A DNA stretch of 64,000 bases from an uncultured Verrucomicrobiota bacterium (GCA_964555235.1 CAZKRU010000005.1:2457-66456); one strand, 5' to 3'; shown: positions 18,704 to 27,777, counted from the first letter of the stretch. The notes: a model not told the origin generated them from the sequence alone. Made by a program: numbers and translations.

Positions 18704-19391
18704 TCTGCTCCCGGTGACTCCATGGGCGGCATTGGTTTTGGGACTGGTGACCAGTTTACACTGCGTCGGAATGTGCGGGCCGTTGGCTTGTGCCACGGGA
18801 ACATTTTCAAATAGTAAAATGTTTCGTTGGGATATTCTTTCGTATCATGGGGGAAGATTCTTTTCGTATGCCGTAGCAGGCATGGTACTGGGTGGTTTTG
18901 GTGAAGTCGCCGCGGGTTGGTTTTCAAGTGCTCCCGCGCAATGGCTTCCCGGGTTCATGATTCTGGCATTCCTTCTGATGGCATTGGGTTGGGAGCAAAA
19001 AATTCCGAAACTCTTGATTTTTCAGAAATTAATGGGGCCATTCTATGACCGAATTCGTGGGCACTCGAGCTGGATTCGTTTGGGTGGACTGGGACTGGTG
19101 ACACCGCTTCTCCCGTGTGGACCGCTTTATCTCGTCTTTGGGGCTGCGGCACTTTCCGGTTCCTGGAGGGCCGGGGGATTTCTCATGACGATGTTTGTAT
19201 TGGGAACCATTCCGCTCTATGCAGGGCTCAATCTTTGGATTGTTCGATTGGGAGGGATTTTTTCTCCGCGGATTCTCCAGTGGTCACGGCAGGGGATTGC
19301 CTTATTGTCCGTGTTGTTATTAGTCTGGAGAGTCTTGCCCTCCCATGGAGAAGGAATAGTTGTGACGGAGTGTCCGTTCCATGGGCGTTGA
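18696..19391 (+). CDS. DsbD_2 / TauE-like membrane protein associated with cbb3 maturation
   Basis: Polytopic, with the motif 'LHCVGMCGPLA'. It lies between ccoG and ccoI. The start is taken at 'MSSLLP' (the ORF opens at 18636). Confidence 0.55.
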   Translation: MSSLLPVTPWAALVLGLVTSLHCVGMCGPLACATGTFSNSKMFRWDILSYHGGRFFSYAVAGMVLGGFGEVAAGWFSSAPAQWLPGFMILAFLLMALGWEQKIPKLLIFQKLMGPFYDRIRGHSSWIRLGGLGLVTPLLPCGPLYLVFGAAALSGSWRAGGFLMTMFVLGTIPLYAGLNLWIVRLGGIFSPRILQWSRQGIALLSVLLLVWRVLPSHGEGIVVTECPFHGR

Positions 19392-21747
19392 ATTAACCGC
19401 TTGTTTGCATTGTGGGACTCCGTTTTATCCGACGCCACAACGGGCCGACTATTGCTGCTCCGGATGTGAATTTGTCCGAGGGCTGATTGTGGAGAAGGGG
19501 TTGGGAACGTTTTATGATTTAAAAGAAGCTCCGGTTCCTCCGGTGACCTCTCTGGTTTTTCAACAGCGGGATTATCGATGGTTGGAGGAACTCGTTCAAC
19601 TTCGAGAGGTCGAGGAGGAAAATGTTTCGGAACTGAAACTCGATTTGCAGGGGATTTCCTGTGTGGGGTGTGTCTGGTTGGTAGAGAAATTGTTTATGCG
19701 TCGGGTCGGTGCAGTTTCGATCGAAGTGGATGCGGCCCTGGGGAAGATGAGGCTGCGTTGGGAACGCGGTCATTGTGATCTTCCGGAATTTGCGCGTGAG
19801 ATTTTAGCCTTCGGTTACTTGGTGGGGCCCGAGGGAAAATCGCTCCCGGAGGAGAGCCAGGGCTTGGTCCGACGCATCGGGCTCTGTGCGGCGTTTATGA
19901 TGAATTCGATGCTCTTTGCGTTCCCCGATTATCTCGGGATGGAATCTACCTTTGAGTACTCCCGACTCTTTCATTTTCTTCTCGTGGTCTTTGCGACGTT
20001 GAGTTATCTCGTCGGGGGAAGTTATTTTTTGAAGCGAACGTGGCATAGTTTGCGCCACGGGGTCCTTCATCTGGATCTTCCGATTTCACTCGGAGTCACC
20101 GCAGCGTATGTCGGCTCACTCTTCGCTTGGTGGCATGGAGCGATGCATTTTGTCTATCTTGAATTTGTTTCGACCTTTATTTTTTTAATGTTGGTCGGAC
20201 GCTGGCTTCAGCAGAAGGCGTTGGAGCGGAATCGTCACCGTCTGTTGGATGCCGGAATGGGAATTCCTCCGGTCACCGCGCTCGAGTCTGAGGAACGGAT
20301 TGAAGTCGAGGAGGTGAAGTGCGGACTCGCTTATCGAGGAGGGAGTGGGCAGGTCGTTCCGGTGCGGTCGAAGCTTCTTTCATCCGATGCGAGTGTGGGG
20401 TTGGATTGGATCAGCGGAGAAGCGGGGGCCCGGCATGTTCGAGCGGGGGAACTCGTACCTTCGGGAGCGATTTTATTGGGCCAGCAAGAGGTGACACTCG
20501 AGGCATTGGAGGATTGGAGTGAATCGGTTTTGGCGTCGCTGGTCAAAATCGTCACCCGCGATCCCTTTCGGAATCTGGCCGTGGAACATTGGATTCGTGG
20601 ATACCTTTTCGTAATTTTGGGAGTGGCCTTTGCGGGGGGATGTTACTGGCAGTGGCAAGAGGGAGAGTGGTTACGAACGCTTCAAGTCGTGACTTCAATT
20701 TTGGTCGTTTCGTGCCCTTGTGCGACGGGAGTTGCGTTGCCGATGATTGATGATCTTTTGGTGCGGCGACTTCAAGCGATTGGCGTTTTTGTGAGGGAGT
20801 TAACGCTTTGGTCGAAACTTCCTGGAGTGCGTAAAATCATTTTTGATAAAACGGGAACGATCACCTTTGATACACTGGCGTTGAAAAATCGGGAGTCGCT
20901 CGATGCGCTTACCGATCGGGATCGAGAGAATTTATTGAATTTGGTTTGGGAGAATTGGCATCCGGTGAGTATTTGTTTGAGATCGGAGCTCTTGGCGATG
21001 GGGACTCGCCTCAAAGAGAAGAATTGCGGAGCGATTACGGAATGCCCCGGTTATGGCTTGGAGGATGCGAGCACTGAAGGGAAGTGGCGTCTCGGTCGGC
21101 CTTCGTGGGCGATTCCCGAGATGAAAGAATTCCAAGGGGGGATTCCCGATACAATTTTGTCACGGGATGGAGAGGAAGTGGCGCGCTTTTATTTTTCAGA
21201 AGAAATCAGACCGGATAGTGTTTCGGAGATGATGGCACTTCATCGGAAGGGATATGAAATTCATCTTCTCAGCGGGGATCGTCGCTCAAAAGTTGAGGCG
21301 ATGTCTCAGAAGTTGAACCTGCCCATCTCCCGCTGTCTGGCGGAACTGACTCCGGAAGAAAAGGCGGAGCGAATTCGCGCACTCGATCGACAGGATACCT
21401 TAATGATCGGAGATGGCGCCAATGACAGTCTTGCGTTTAATGCTAGCTGGTGCACTGGAACACCTGCCGCAGATCGGGGACTGCTCGAGCGTAAGGCCGA
21501 TTTTTATTTTCTCGGACGAGGGCTGATTGGGGTCCGGCAACTTTTGATGGCCTCTGAAGCACGACAGAAGACCATTCGACGGGTTTTTACCTTTACGATT
21601 CTTTATAATTTGACCGTGGTGATCCTCTCACTCCTTGGAAAAATGAGCCCAGTGATGGCGGCCATCCTCATGCCATCGAGTTCCGTCGTTTCCCTCGCGA
21701 TTGTCTTCGCCTCTCTCCCTGATTTCCAACGGATGAAGGCTCGCTAA
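19381..21747 (+). CDS. ccoI: Copper-translocating P1B-type ATPase for cbb3 maturation (CcoI/FixI)
   Basis: 788 aa. N-terminal Cys-rich region ('CLHCGTPF...CCSGCEFV'), TM 'SCPCA' motif, 'FDKTGTIT' and 'GDGANDS'. Confidence 0.85.
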   Translation: MGVELTACLHCGTPFYPTPQRADYCCSGCEFVRGLIVEKGLGTFYDLKEAPVPPVTSLVFQQRDYRWLEELVQLREVEEENVSELKLDLQGISCVGCVWLVEKLFMRRVGAVSIEVDAALGKMRLRWERGHCDLPEFAREILAFGYLVGPEGKSLPEESQGLVRRIGLCAAFMMNSMLFAFPDYLGMESTFEYSRLFHFLLVVFATLSYLVGGSYFLKRTWHSLRHGVLHLDLPISLGVTAAYVGSLFAWWHGAMHFVYLEFVSTFIFLMLVGRWLQQKALERNRHRLLDAGMGIPPVTALESEERIEVEEVKCGLAYRGGSGQVVPVRSKLLSSDASVGLDWISGEAGARHVRAGELVPSGAILLGQQEVTLEALEDWSESVLASLVKIVTRDPFRNLAVEHWIRGYLFVILGVAFAGGCYWQWQEGEWLRTLQVVTSILVVSCPCATGVALPMIDDLLVRRLQAIGVFVRELTLWSKLPGVRKIIFDKTGTITFDTLALKNRESLDALTDRDRENLLNLVWENWHPVSICLRSELLAMGTRLKEKNCGAITECPGYGLEDASTEGKWRLGRPSWAIPEMKEFQGGIPDTILSRDGEEVARFYFSEEIRPDSVSEMMALHRKGYEIHLLSGDRRSKVEAMSQKLNLPISRCLAELTPEEKAERIRALDRQDTLMIGDGANDSLAFNASWCTGTPAADRGLLERKADFYFLGRGLIGVRQLLMASEARQKTIRRVFTFTILYNLTVVILSLLGKMSPVMAAILMPSSSVVSLAIVFASLPDFQRMKAR

Positions 21748-21803
21748 CTCCTTTATTTTCTTGCCCCCGACCCGGGCTTGGATGAATGATAGAACTCCTC
21801 CAC

Positions 21804-21877
21804 GGTCCCGTAGCTCAGATGGATAGAGCGAAGGTTTCCTAAACCTCAGGTCGGGCGTTCGACTCGCCCCGGGACCA
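21804..21877 (+). tRNA. tRNA-Arg (anticodon CCT)
   Basis: Manual fold of 74 nt. The acceptor GGTCCCG pairs with CGGGACC, and the D arm is GCTC/GAGC. The anticodon loop is TTCCTAA and the T arm is GGGCG-TTCGACT-CGCCC. The discriminator is A and no CCA is encoded. Confidence 0.9.
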
Positions 21878-22225
21878 AACTTCTCCCCATCGGGGTTGCG
21901 CCCCCGTTGAAACTTCAATGATCTGCTTTCTTTCAAATGGATTGTGTTTGGGTGTTATTTAAAATATAAATCCATTTCTCGAATGTTCTCTCAATTTCGA
22001 AAAACGGTAGGGGCTCTGCTGTTGTTGACGATGACACTTGTCTACTCGGATGAGGTCAAGGTTTGGTCTCCCAAAGTCTTAGAGCCCGTGGCGGTGCGAT
22101 TGTTTAAAAAAGAGCAAGTTCTGAAGATATTTCTTACTTAATCCGAAGCGGTGGCGTCTCTACTAGTGGGATAATAAACGAGTTCAACGTTTTTCCTTTC
22201 TTGATCTGTCACAAGGAGGTCTCAC

Positions 22226-22245
22226 ATGGGGCAAACACCCCATAG
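22226..22245 (+). promoter_or_regulatory. Copy b of conserved upstream motif (ATGGGGCAAACACCCCATAG)
   Basis: Sense orientation. It is 8-11 nt before the GTG/ATG at 22254/22257 and 71 nt before the ATG at 22317. Confidence 0.5.
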
Positions 22246-22316
22246 AGTGATGAGTGATGTTGCGGGTATTGTTACGTGATGATAAAAATCAATCGTTTTC
22301 AAAATGGAGACCACTC

Positions 22317-22514
22317 ATGTCTCTAATCTCTCTTGTCGTAACGCTGATCGTCATTGGAGTATTGCTCGGGCTGGTTAATACCTACATCCCGATGGACGGA
22401 AAAATCAAAAATATCTTAAATGCCGTCGTTGTGATCTGTGTGGTGGTTTGGTTGCTTTACGCCTTTGGGCTTGCTGATTTTGCGCAAAATCTCCGTGTTC
22501 CACGCGTGAGATAG
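22317..22514 (+). CDS. Thivi_2564-family small membrane protein
   Basis: 'MSLISLVVTLIVIGVLLGLVNTYIPMDGKIKNILNAVVVICVVVWLLYAFGL' has two TM helices and matches my memory of that family. The ORF opens at 22254, so the start is uncertain. Confidence 0.55.
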   Translation: MSLISLVVTLIVIGVLLGLVNTYIPMDGKIKNILNAVVVICVVVWLLYAFGLADFAQNLRVPRVR

Positions 22515-22529
22515 AGTGGAGGGTTTGAG

Positions 22530-22838
22530 GTGAAAATTTTGAATCAAACAATTTCAAAACCGTTCTGGAATTCGAGAAGTCAACTTTTCTTCGGCTCTCG
22601 AGAACTTTTGGAAAAAGTTGATCTTGCAATCGAATTTTATGTGGACGGAATTGCAAAACGAATTATCGAGCTCAGAGGCTTTACAGGGTTTACGGAAGAA
22701 GCAATTCACTTGATTCAGCGAATCGAGCGAGCACGAGCGATTCATCTGGTCGACATGGCTTGGATTAAGACGATGGGAGATCTCCTTGAAGAAGCGGAGC
22801 GCCTACTTGCAGAGAAATGCTTTCAGAGGAATGCTTAA
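22530..22838 (+). CDS. Hypothetical protein (102 aa, GTG start)
   Basis: An open frame with non-repetitive, helical-looking sequence, 15 nt after the preceding gene. No motif recognised. Confidence 0.35.
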   Translation: MKILNQTISKPFWNSRSQLFFGSRELLEKVDLAIEFYVDGIAKRIIELRGFTGFTEEAIHLIQRIERARAIHLVDMAWIKTMGDLLEEAERLLAEKCFQRNA

Positions 22839-22840
22839 CT

Positions 22841-22917
22841 ATTGGTAGGGCGGGGTCGATGACCCCGCCGTTCCGGGTTTTACGGAGCGGACCAATCATC
22901 GATCGGTCCCTACCAAA
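22841..22917. repeat. REP/MITE-like element with TTGGTAGGG...CCCTACCAA termini
   Basis: 9-bp perfect terminal inverted repeat enclosing the hairpin CGGGGTC-GAT-GACCCCG. It starts 3 nt after a stop codon. Related copies are at 25048 and 36127. Confidence 0.55.
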
Positions 22918-22929
22918 TCGCAATTTCAT

Positions 22930-22947
22930 AGGGTTACACCCCATAGG
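22930..22947 (+). promoter_or_regulatory. Copy c of conserved upstream motif (AGGGTTACACCCCATAGG)
   Basis: Identical to copy a. It is 86 nt upstream of the ATG at 23034. Confidence 0.55.
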
Positions 22948-23033
22948 AACCATCAGTTGATGTTGCTAGCTTGAGGGGAGTGATAGAGAAAAAGCTCTTC
23001 ACGGAAAATTATAACCCGGAAAAAATAAAAATT

Positions 23034-23267
23034 ATGAATCGAAACCAACAAATCATTCTAGCTGCCTCTGCCGCGTCATTGATGGCGTTCACGGCATTTG
23101 CCTTGGAGTCATCCAGTACCAGTACCGAAGAAACAAAAGTCAAAACACACGTGACGACAAGTCCTGATAACACGGTGAAGAGTGAACTCCACGCGCCAAC
23201 CATAGCACAGGCAGTGCCAACACGTTTAAGCAACCAGACAAGCTTCTCGGGAATTGAACGCTCCTGA
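23034..23267 (+). CDS. Small secreted S/T-rich protein
   Basis: 'MNRNQQIILAASAASLMAFTAFALESS...' is signal-peptide-like. 77 aa. The ORF opens at 22971. Confidence 0.4.
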   Translation: MNRNQQIILAASAASLMAFTAFALESSSTSTEETKVKTHVTTSPDNTVKSELHAPTIAQAVPTRLSNQTSFSGIERS

Positions 23268-23727
23268 ATTAATCTTACCTCTTGAGAATGGTTTCTTTTC
23301 GCGCAGCATTCCCCTTGGGAAAATGACCATTTTCAATCCCTCAGATCTTCGTAAGCAAAGTTACCCTACCTCAAACTAAACACACCAGCTCCATGCCCGC
23401 CTCGGAGAGTTGTCTCGGTTAACCGGTCTTCATCCAAATGGCGTTGCCCCGACAACGGGTCGAGGTAAAGGGCTGAATCGGATGTTGATTCAAATTCGAT
23501 GAGATGTGCGACTTGTTGATCTATGTGTACGGCGAGGTAAGCAGATGCTTAAAATCTTTCAAGAGTGGAAGTTAGCACCTTGCCAAACAACAGGGAAAAG
23601 CTCAAAAAAAGGCACCGGGGACGTATCCCGTTTTCCGACTTTTGAGAAAGCCTAGCGAAATGAGAGCGGATCCGTCGCGAAGGATCTGCAATCGTTTTTG
23701 GGTGACCTTCATTTTTAGCCGCTTACA

Positions 23728-24585
23728 TCAAAGCAGCGTGATCTCGACATACTCCGGGGTAGAATTGGCAAGACGATTCACTTCGCTCTCCTCTCCCACG
23801 TAAATATCGATGACGGGATCTTTTCCTGCAGAAGCTTTTCTCGATTTCACGGCGGTTCCGGTATCCTCGACTCGATGAACTCCAAAACCGGGAATATGAA
23901 TCCATGTCCCATAGGGAAAAAGCGTTGGATCTGCGGCAACGGTTCTTCCGAGTTTTGCCTGTAACACTTCACGCCAGGCAACACGCGAGCCCCATTGATC
24001 ATCCTTTCCTGAGTAAAACGTAAGTCGGACGCGCACTTTTTTAGCTACAGGTTGAACTTGTTGAGACAAAAGGGCCTCTACCACAGGCGCCATGGAAGCT
24101 TCTTGAGCTTGAAGTGGAACGGTGGTTGGAACGGGTGCAGGAGGAGTGACTTCGGTGAGGGATAAAATCGGTAAAACTTCAGGTTGCTCCAGACTTTCAA
24201 TGGGGAGCATCGGGGGCTCTGCGGTAACAACCGTGATGCTTGGTGTTTCGGATTCACTGGAGTCAGAAAAAGGCACTTCCTCATTTTCATCGGCGAGCGT
24301 TGGGGAAAGTGTTTCCACAATTACCGGAGTTGCCAATGAGAGGGCAATCGGCTCGGACGGCTCGACCGGTAGTAATCCATCAGAAAGCTTTAAGTCGAAA
24401 GGAGGCTCGTCGCAGGAAGGAAGTGGCTTCAGGAGAAAGACGAAAGGTTTGAAGGACTCACGAGGCTTTGTCACGATGAATGGAGAATTCGATAACTCTC
24501 CTTCAGGAGCCGCAAAAAGTGCTTTTCCTGGAATGACAAGAAATGTTGTGAGAGCGACAAGCTTCGAGAGTTTTTTTGTTTTCAT
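23728..24585 (-). CDS. Secreted 3D-domain protein (MltA/RlpA-like barrel) with P/E/S-rich linker
   Basis: Signal peptide 'MKTKKLSKLVALTTFLVIPGKALFA'. The C-terminus 'TVAADPTLFPYGTWIHIPGFGVHRVEDTGTAVK...VIDIYVG' carries the three conserved Asp of 3D domains. The ORF opens at 24684. Confidence 0.7.
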   Translation of the reverse strand: MKTKKLSKLVALTTFLVIPGKALFAAPEGELSNSPFIVTKPRESFKPFVFLLKPLPSCDEPPFDLKLSDGLLPVEPSEPIALSLATPVIVETLSPTLADENEEVPFSDSSESETPSITVVTAEPPMLPIESLEQPEVLPILSLTEVTPPAPVPTTVPLQAQEASMAPVVEALLSQQVQPVAKKVRVRLTFYSGKDDQWGSRVAWREVLQAKLGRTVAADPTLFPYGTWIHIPGFGVHRVEDTGTAVKSRKASAGKDPVIDIYVGEESEVNRLANSTPEYVEITLL

Positions 24586-24641
24586 AATGCCTTGTTTGAT
24601 TCCTTCAGATGGAGAAGAATGCGCCCATTCGTCTGCCTGTG

Positions 24642-24660
24642 CAATGGGGGATAACCCTAC
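24642..24660 (-). promoter_or_regulatory. Copy d2 of conserved upstream motif (minus strand: GTAGGGTTATCCCCCATTG)
   Basis: Sense orientation for the 3D-domain gene, about 56 nt upstream of its ATG at 24585. Confidence 0.45.
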
Positions 24661-24673
24661 CATCAGTCGAGAG

Positions 24674-24691
24674 GGGGGTAACACCCCATGG
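24674..24691 (+). promoter_or_regulatory. Copy d1 of conserved upstream motif (GGGGGTAACACCCCATGG)
   Basis: 37 nt upstream of the ATG at 24729. It lies back-to-back with copy d2. Confidence 0.5.
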
Positions 24692-24728
24692 TGCTATTTT
24701 GTGGATTCCCCTATTGTGTTAAATACCT

Positions 24729-25034
24729 ATGGAAAAAAAGAAACAATTTGCACAGTTTTATCTGGGATTGAGGGAATCAAATTTGGATGAATTTCCTAAA
24801 GGGTGTAAGACCTGTAAAAAGACGTTTCAAACGTTGGATGATTTTTTAAATGAGACGGTTGAAATCCCTGCTTCCACAGGATTGATTGAGGTAGAAGTTT
24901 TTCCGGAAAGTCCGGTCGGACTTTGGAGAAATTGTTTATGCGGGTCGACGCTCTTGGTGCTTTGTGATGATCGAAGGGATCCCTCCGAAGAGGCGGCTCG
25001 TCAAAGACGAATTTTTAGTAAATGCCTGAATTAA
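24729..25034 (+). CDS. Small Cys-rich protein (possible zinc ribbon)
   Basis: 101 aa with 'CKTCKK' and 'CLCGSTLLVLC'. No family recognised. Confidence 0.4.
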   Translation: MEKKKQFAQFYLGLRESNLDEFPKGCKTCKKTFQTLDDFLNETVEIPASTGLIEVEVFPESPVGLWRNCLCGSTLLVLCDDRRDPSEEAARQRRIFSKCLN

Positions 25035-25047
25035 AGCTTCGGATGCC

Positions 25048-25070
25048 TACGGAGAGGCGTCCCTACCATT
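25048..25070. repeat. Half copy of the GGTAGGG REP-like element (TACGGAGAGGCGTCCCTACCATT)
   Basis: Shares TACGGAG...TCCCTACCA with the right arm of 22841..22917. It lies 14 nt after a stop codon. Confidence 0.4.
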
Positions 25071-25129
25071 AATACAAATGACCTCAACAGTCATCATGAG
25101 CAACGGTTGGAACTGAATGACACTTTTCA

Positions 25130-25149
25130 ATGGGGCGAATACCCCATAG
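25130..25149 (+). promoter_or_regulatory. Copy e of conserved upstream motif (ATGGGGCGAATACCCCATAG)
   Basis: 33 nt upstream of the ATG at 25183. Confidence 0.5.
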
Positions 25150-25182
25150 CTTCTGCGGTGCGTCCCCGCGTAGCTTGGGGAG

Positions 25183-27777
25183 ATGATACTAGAAGAGATT
25201 CATGATCTGGAAGGCGAAACAAAGCGATCCCTAGAACTTCGACCCGATGAGGTTGGAGAGGATGTGGACTCAAGCTCACCGGTGTTAAGTAAGACCACAG
25301 GGGAAGCGCTTACCGAAATTCGCCGTGAAGAAGCTCTACTCAAGACAGGGGCATTACAGAGCGCCATTTTCAACAGTGCGAATTTCTCGAGTATCGCGAC
25401 CGATGCGAAGGGGGTTATCCAAATTTTCAACGTAGGTGCGGAGCGGATGCTTGGCTATGCCGCCGCCGACGTGATGAATAAGATCACGCCAGCAGATATT
25501 TCAGATCCTCAAGAAGTGATCGCACGTGCGAAGGCGTTGAGTATCGAACTTTCGACTCCGATCACGCCGGGCTTCGAAGCCTTGGTCTTTAAAGCGTCAC
25601 GCGGGATTGAAGATATTTACGAGCTGACCTATATTCGAAAAGATGGGAGTCGCTTTCCTGCAGTGGTTTCGGTTACTGCGCTGCGCGACGCACAAAATTC
25701 GATCATCGGTTATCTGTTGATCGGCACCGACAATACCGCGCGTAAACAGGCGGAAGAGGCGCTGCTCAAGGCCGGGGCCTTGCAGAGTGCGATTTTCAAC
25801 AGTGCGAATTTCTCGAGTATTGCGACCGACGCGAAAGGGGTCATTCAAATTTTCAACGTCGGAGCGGAGCGGATGCTCGGTTATGCGGCCGCCGATGTGA
25901 TGAATAAGATTACGCCGGCCGACATTTCAGATCCGCAAGAGGTGATCGCACGAGCTCAGGCGTTAAGCGTGGAGCTAGCGACGCCCATTACGCCGGGTTT
26001 CGAGGCGCTGGTGTTTAAGGCTTCACGTGGGATTGAAGATATCTACGAGCTGACTTACATCCGAAAAGACGGCAGTCGTTTCCCTGCGGTGGTGTCGGTT
26101 ACGGCATTGCGCGATGCACAAAACACCATCATCGGCTATTTGTTGATCGGTACCGACAATACCGCACGCAAACAGGTCGAGGCTGAGCAGAAAAAATTGG
26201 ATCAACGATTGCGAGACCAACAGTTTTACACGCGCTCACTGATCGAGTCTAACGTCGATGCGCTGATGACGACGGATCCATCCGGCATAATTTCAGATGT
26301 TAACAAGCAGATGGAGGAGCTCACGGGGTGTACTCGTGACGAGCTTATCGGTGCGCCCTTTAAGAGTTTTTTCACCGATCCGGAGCGAGCTGAATCAGGG
26401 ATCAAACAGGTGCTGAGTGAAAAGAAAGTGACCAATTACGAGCTCACAGCACGTGATCGAGAGGGGAAGGAAACGGTTGTTTCTTACAATGCAACGACAT
26501 TCTACGACCGTGACAGAACCCTGCAGGGCGTCTTTGCTGCGGCGCGTGATATCACCGAACGTAAATTTCTCGATCAATCGCTCCAGGAAACGAATGCGGC
26601 GTTGGAGAGGGCCAAGTCTGCTGCAGAGAAAGCCAATCTCGCGAAATCGGACTTCCTTTCCAGTATGAGTCATGAGCTTCGCAGTCCGCTCAATGCGATC
26701 CTCGGATTCGCACAATTGATGGAGTCAGCCTCTCCAGTGCCGACAGATTCGCAGAAGGAAAGTATTGCCCAGATTCTCCAGGCGGGCTGGCATCTCCTGA
26801 AGTTAATCAACGAAATCCTTGATCTCGCAGTGATCGAGTCTGGAAAAGTTTCTCTATCACTGGAATCCGTTTCATTGTCGGAGATCTTGTCCGAATGTCA
26901 GGCGATGATGGAATCGCAGGCGCAGCAACGCGGTATTCGCATGACCTTTCCACAATTCGATGCCCCGCTCTTTGTGAATGCCGATCGAACTCGCTTGAAG
27001 CAAATTGTCATTAACTTACTTTCCAATGCGATCAAATACAACAAGGAGCAAGGAAGTGTGATCGTCCAATGTACAGTTTGTTCCCCCGAACGCACTCGCA
27101 TCAGTATCAAGGATACCGGTGTCGGATTGCCGCCAGAAAAGCTGGAGCAACTCTTCCAACCGTTCAATCGGCTTGGTCAGGAATCGGGTGGAGTGGTCGG
27201 CACGGGGATCGGTTTGGTGGTGACGAAGCGATTGACCGAACTCATGGAGGGAGCCCTTGGTGTTGAAAGTACGGTCGGGGAGGGGAGTTTGTTTTGGTGC
27301 GAACTGAACGCGGCAGTCGCACCGCAACTTGCCGAACCAAGTGACGGAGATGAGGCGTTTGTCCTCCCTCAATTACCCGATGGAGTGCCGTGGCGCACGC
27401 TTCTTTATGTTGAGGACAATCCGGCGAATATGAAACTGATTGAGCAACTGATTGCGCGCCATTCTGATTTGCGAATGTTGACTGCAATTAATGCACCACT
27501 TGGCATTGAGCTCGCCCGCACCACTCTACCGACTGTAATTCTCATGGATATCAACCTTCCAGGAATTAGTGGAATCGAAGCCTTGGCGATCTTGCGCGAA
27601 AATCCAGTGACCGCTCATATTCCCGTGATTGCTCTCAGCGCGAATGCGATGTTGCGAGATATTCAGTTGGGCATCGATGCAGGATTTTTCCATTACCTCA
27701 CTAAGCCGATCAAGGTCAAAGAGTTTATGGATACACTGAACGCAGCGCTGGAATTTGCTGAAAAAGATACGAGATGA
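25183..27777 (+). CDS. Hybrid sensor histidine kinase/response regulator with three PAS domains
   Basis: 864 aa and soluble. The first two of the three PAS modules are near-identical. H-box 'SHELRSPLNAILGF'. HATPase ('DTGVGL...GTGIGLVV'). C-terminal receiver ('LLYVEDNPANMKLI...MDINLPGISG'). Confidence 0.9.
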   Translation: MILEEIHDLEGETKRSLELRPDEVGEDVDSSSPVLSKTTGEALTEIRREEALLKTGALQSAIFNSANFSSIATDAKGVIQIFNVGAERMLGYAAADVMNKITPADISDPQEVIARAKALSIELSTPITPGFEALVFKASRGIEDIYELTYIRKDGSRFPAVVSVTALRDAQNSIIGYLLIGTDNTARKQAEEALLKAGALQSAIFNSANFSSIATDAKGVIQIFNVGAERMLGYAAADVMNKITPADISDPQEVIARAQALSVELATPITPGFEALVFKASRGIEDIYELTYIRKDGSRFPAVVSVTALRDAQNTIIGYLLIGTDNTARKQVEAEQKKLDQRLRDQQFYTRSLIESNVDALMTTDPSGIISDVNKQMEELTGCTRDELIGAPFKSFFTDPERAESGIKQVLSEKKVTNYELTARDREGKETVVSYNATTFYDRDRTLQGVFAAARDITERKFLDQSLQETNAALERAKSAAEKANLAKSDFLSSMSHELRSPLNAILGFAQLMESASPVPTDSQKESIAQILQAGWHLLKLINEILDLAVIESGKVSLSLESVSLSEILSECQAMMESQAQQRGIRMTFPQFDAPLFVNADRTRLKQIVINLLSNAIKYNKEQGSVIVQCTVCSPERTRISIKDTGVGLPPEKLEQLFQPFNRLGQESGGVVGTGIGLVVTKRLTELMEGALGVESTVGEGSLFWCELNAAVAPQLAEPSDGDEAFVLPQLPDGVPWRTLLYVEDNPANMKLIEQLIARHSDLRMLTAINAPLGIELARTTLPTVILMDINLPGISGIEALAILRENPVTAHIPVIALSANAMLRDIQLGIDAGFFHYLTKPIKVKEFMDTLNAALEFAEKDTR
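25330..26175 (+). repeat. Intragenic tandem duplication (2 x 426 nt) encoding two PAS modules
   Basis: 'EEALLK(T/A)GALQSAIFNSANFSSIATDAKGVIQIF...' recurs exactly 142 codons later (25330 versus 25756). Confidence 0.9.

Noticed and set aside
21944-22141. 65-aa ORF after tRNA-Arg, preceded by a degenerate motif-like sequence (GGGGTTGCGCCCCCGTTG, 21892..21909).
   Set aside because: The motif match is weak because it lacks CCCCAT(A/G)G. The ORF is short with an uncertain non-ATG start, although it has a signal-like 'ALLLLTMTLV'. That is not enough evidence to call it a gene or a bona fide motif copy.
24122-24790. 222-aa plus-strand ORF antisense to the 3D-domain gene.
   Set aside because: It is the G/S-rich mirror of the P/E/S-rich linker on the real minus-strand gene. 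It has no start context and overlaps two motif copies and the next gene's start.
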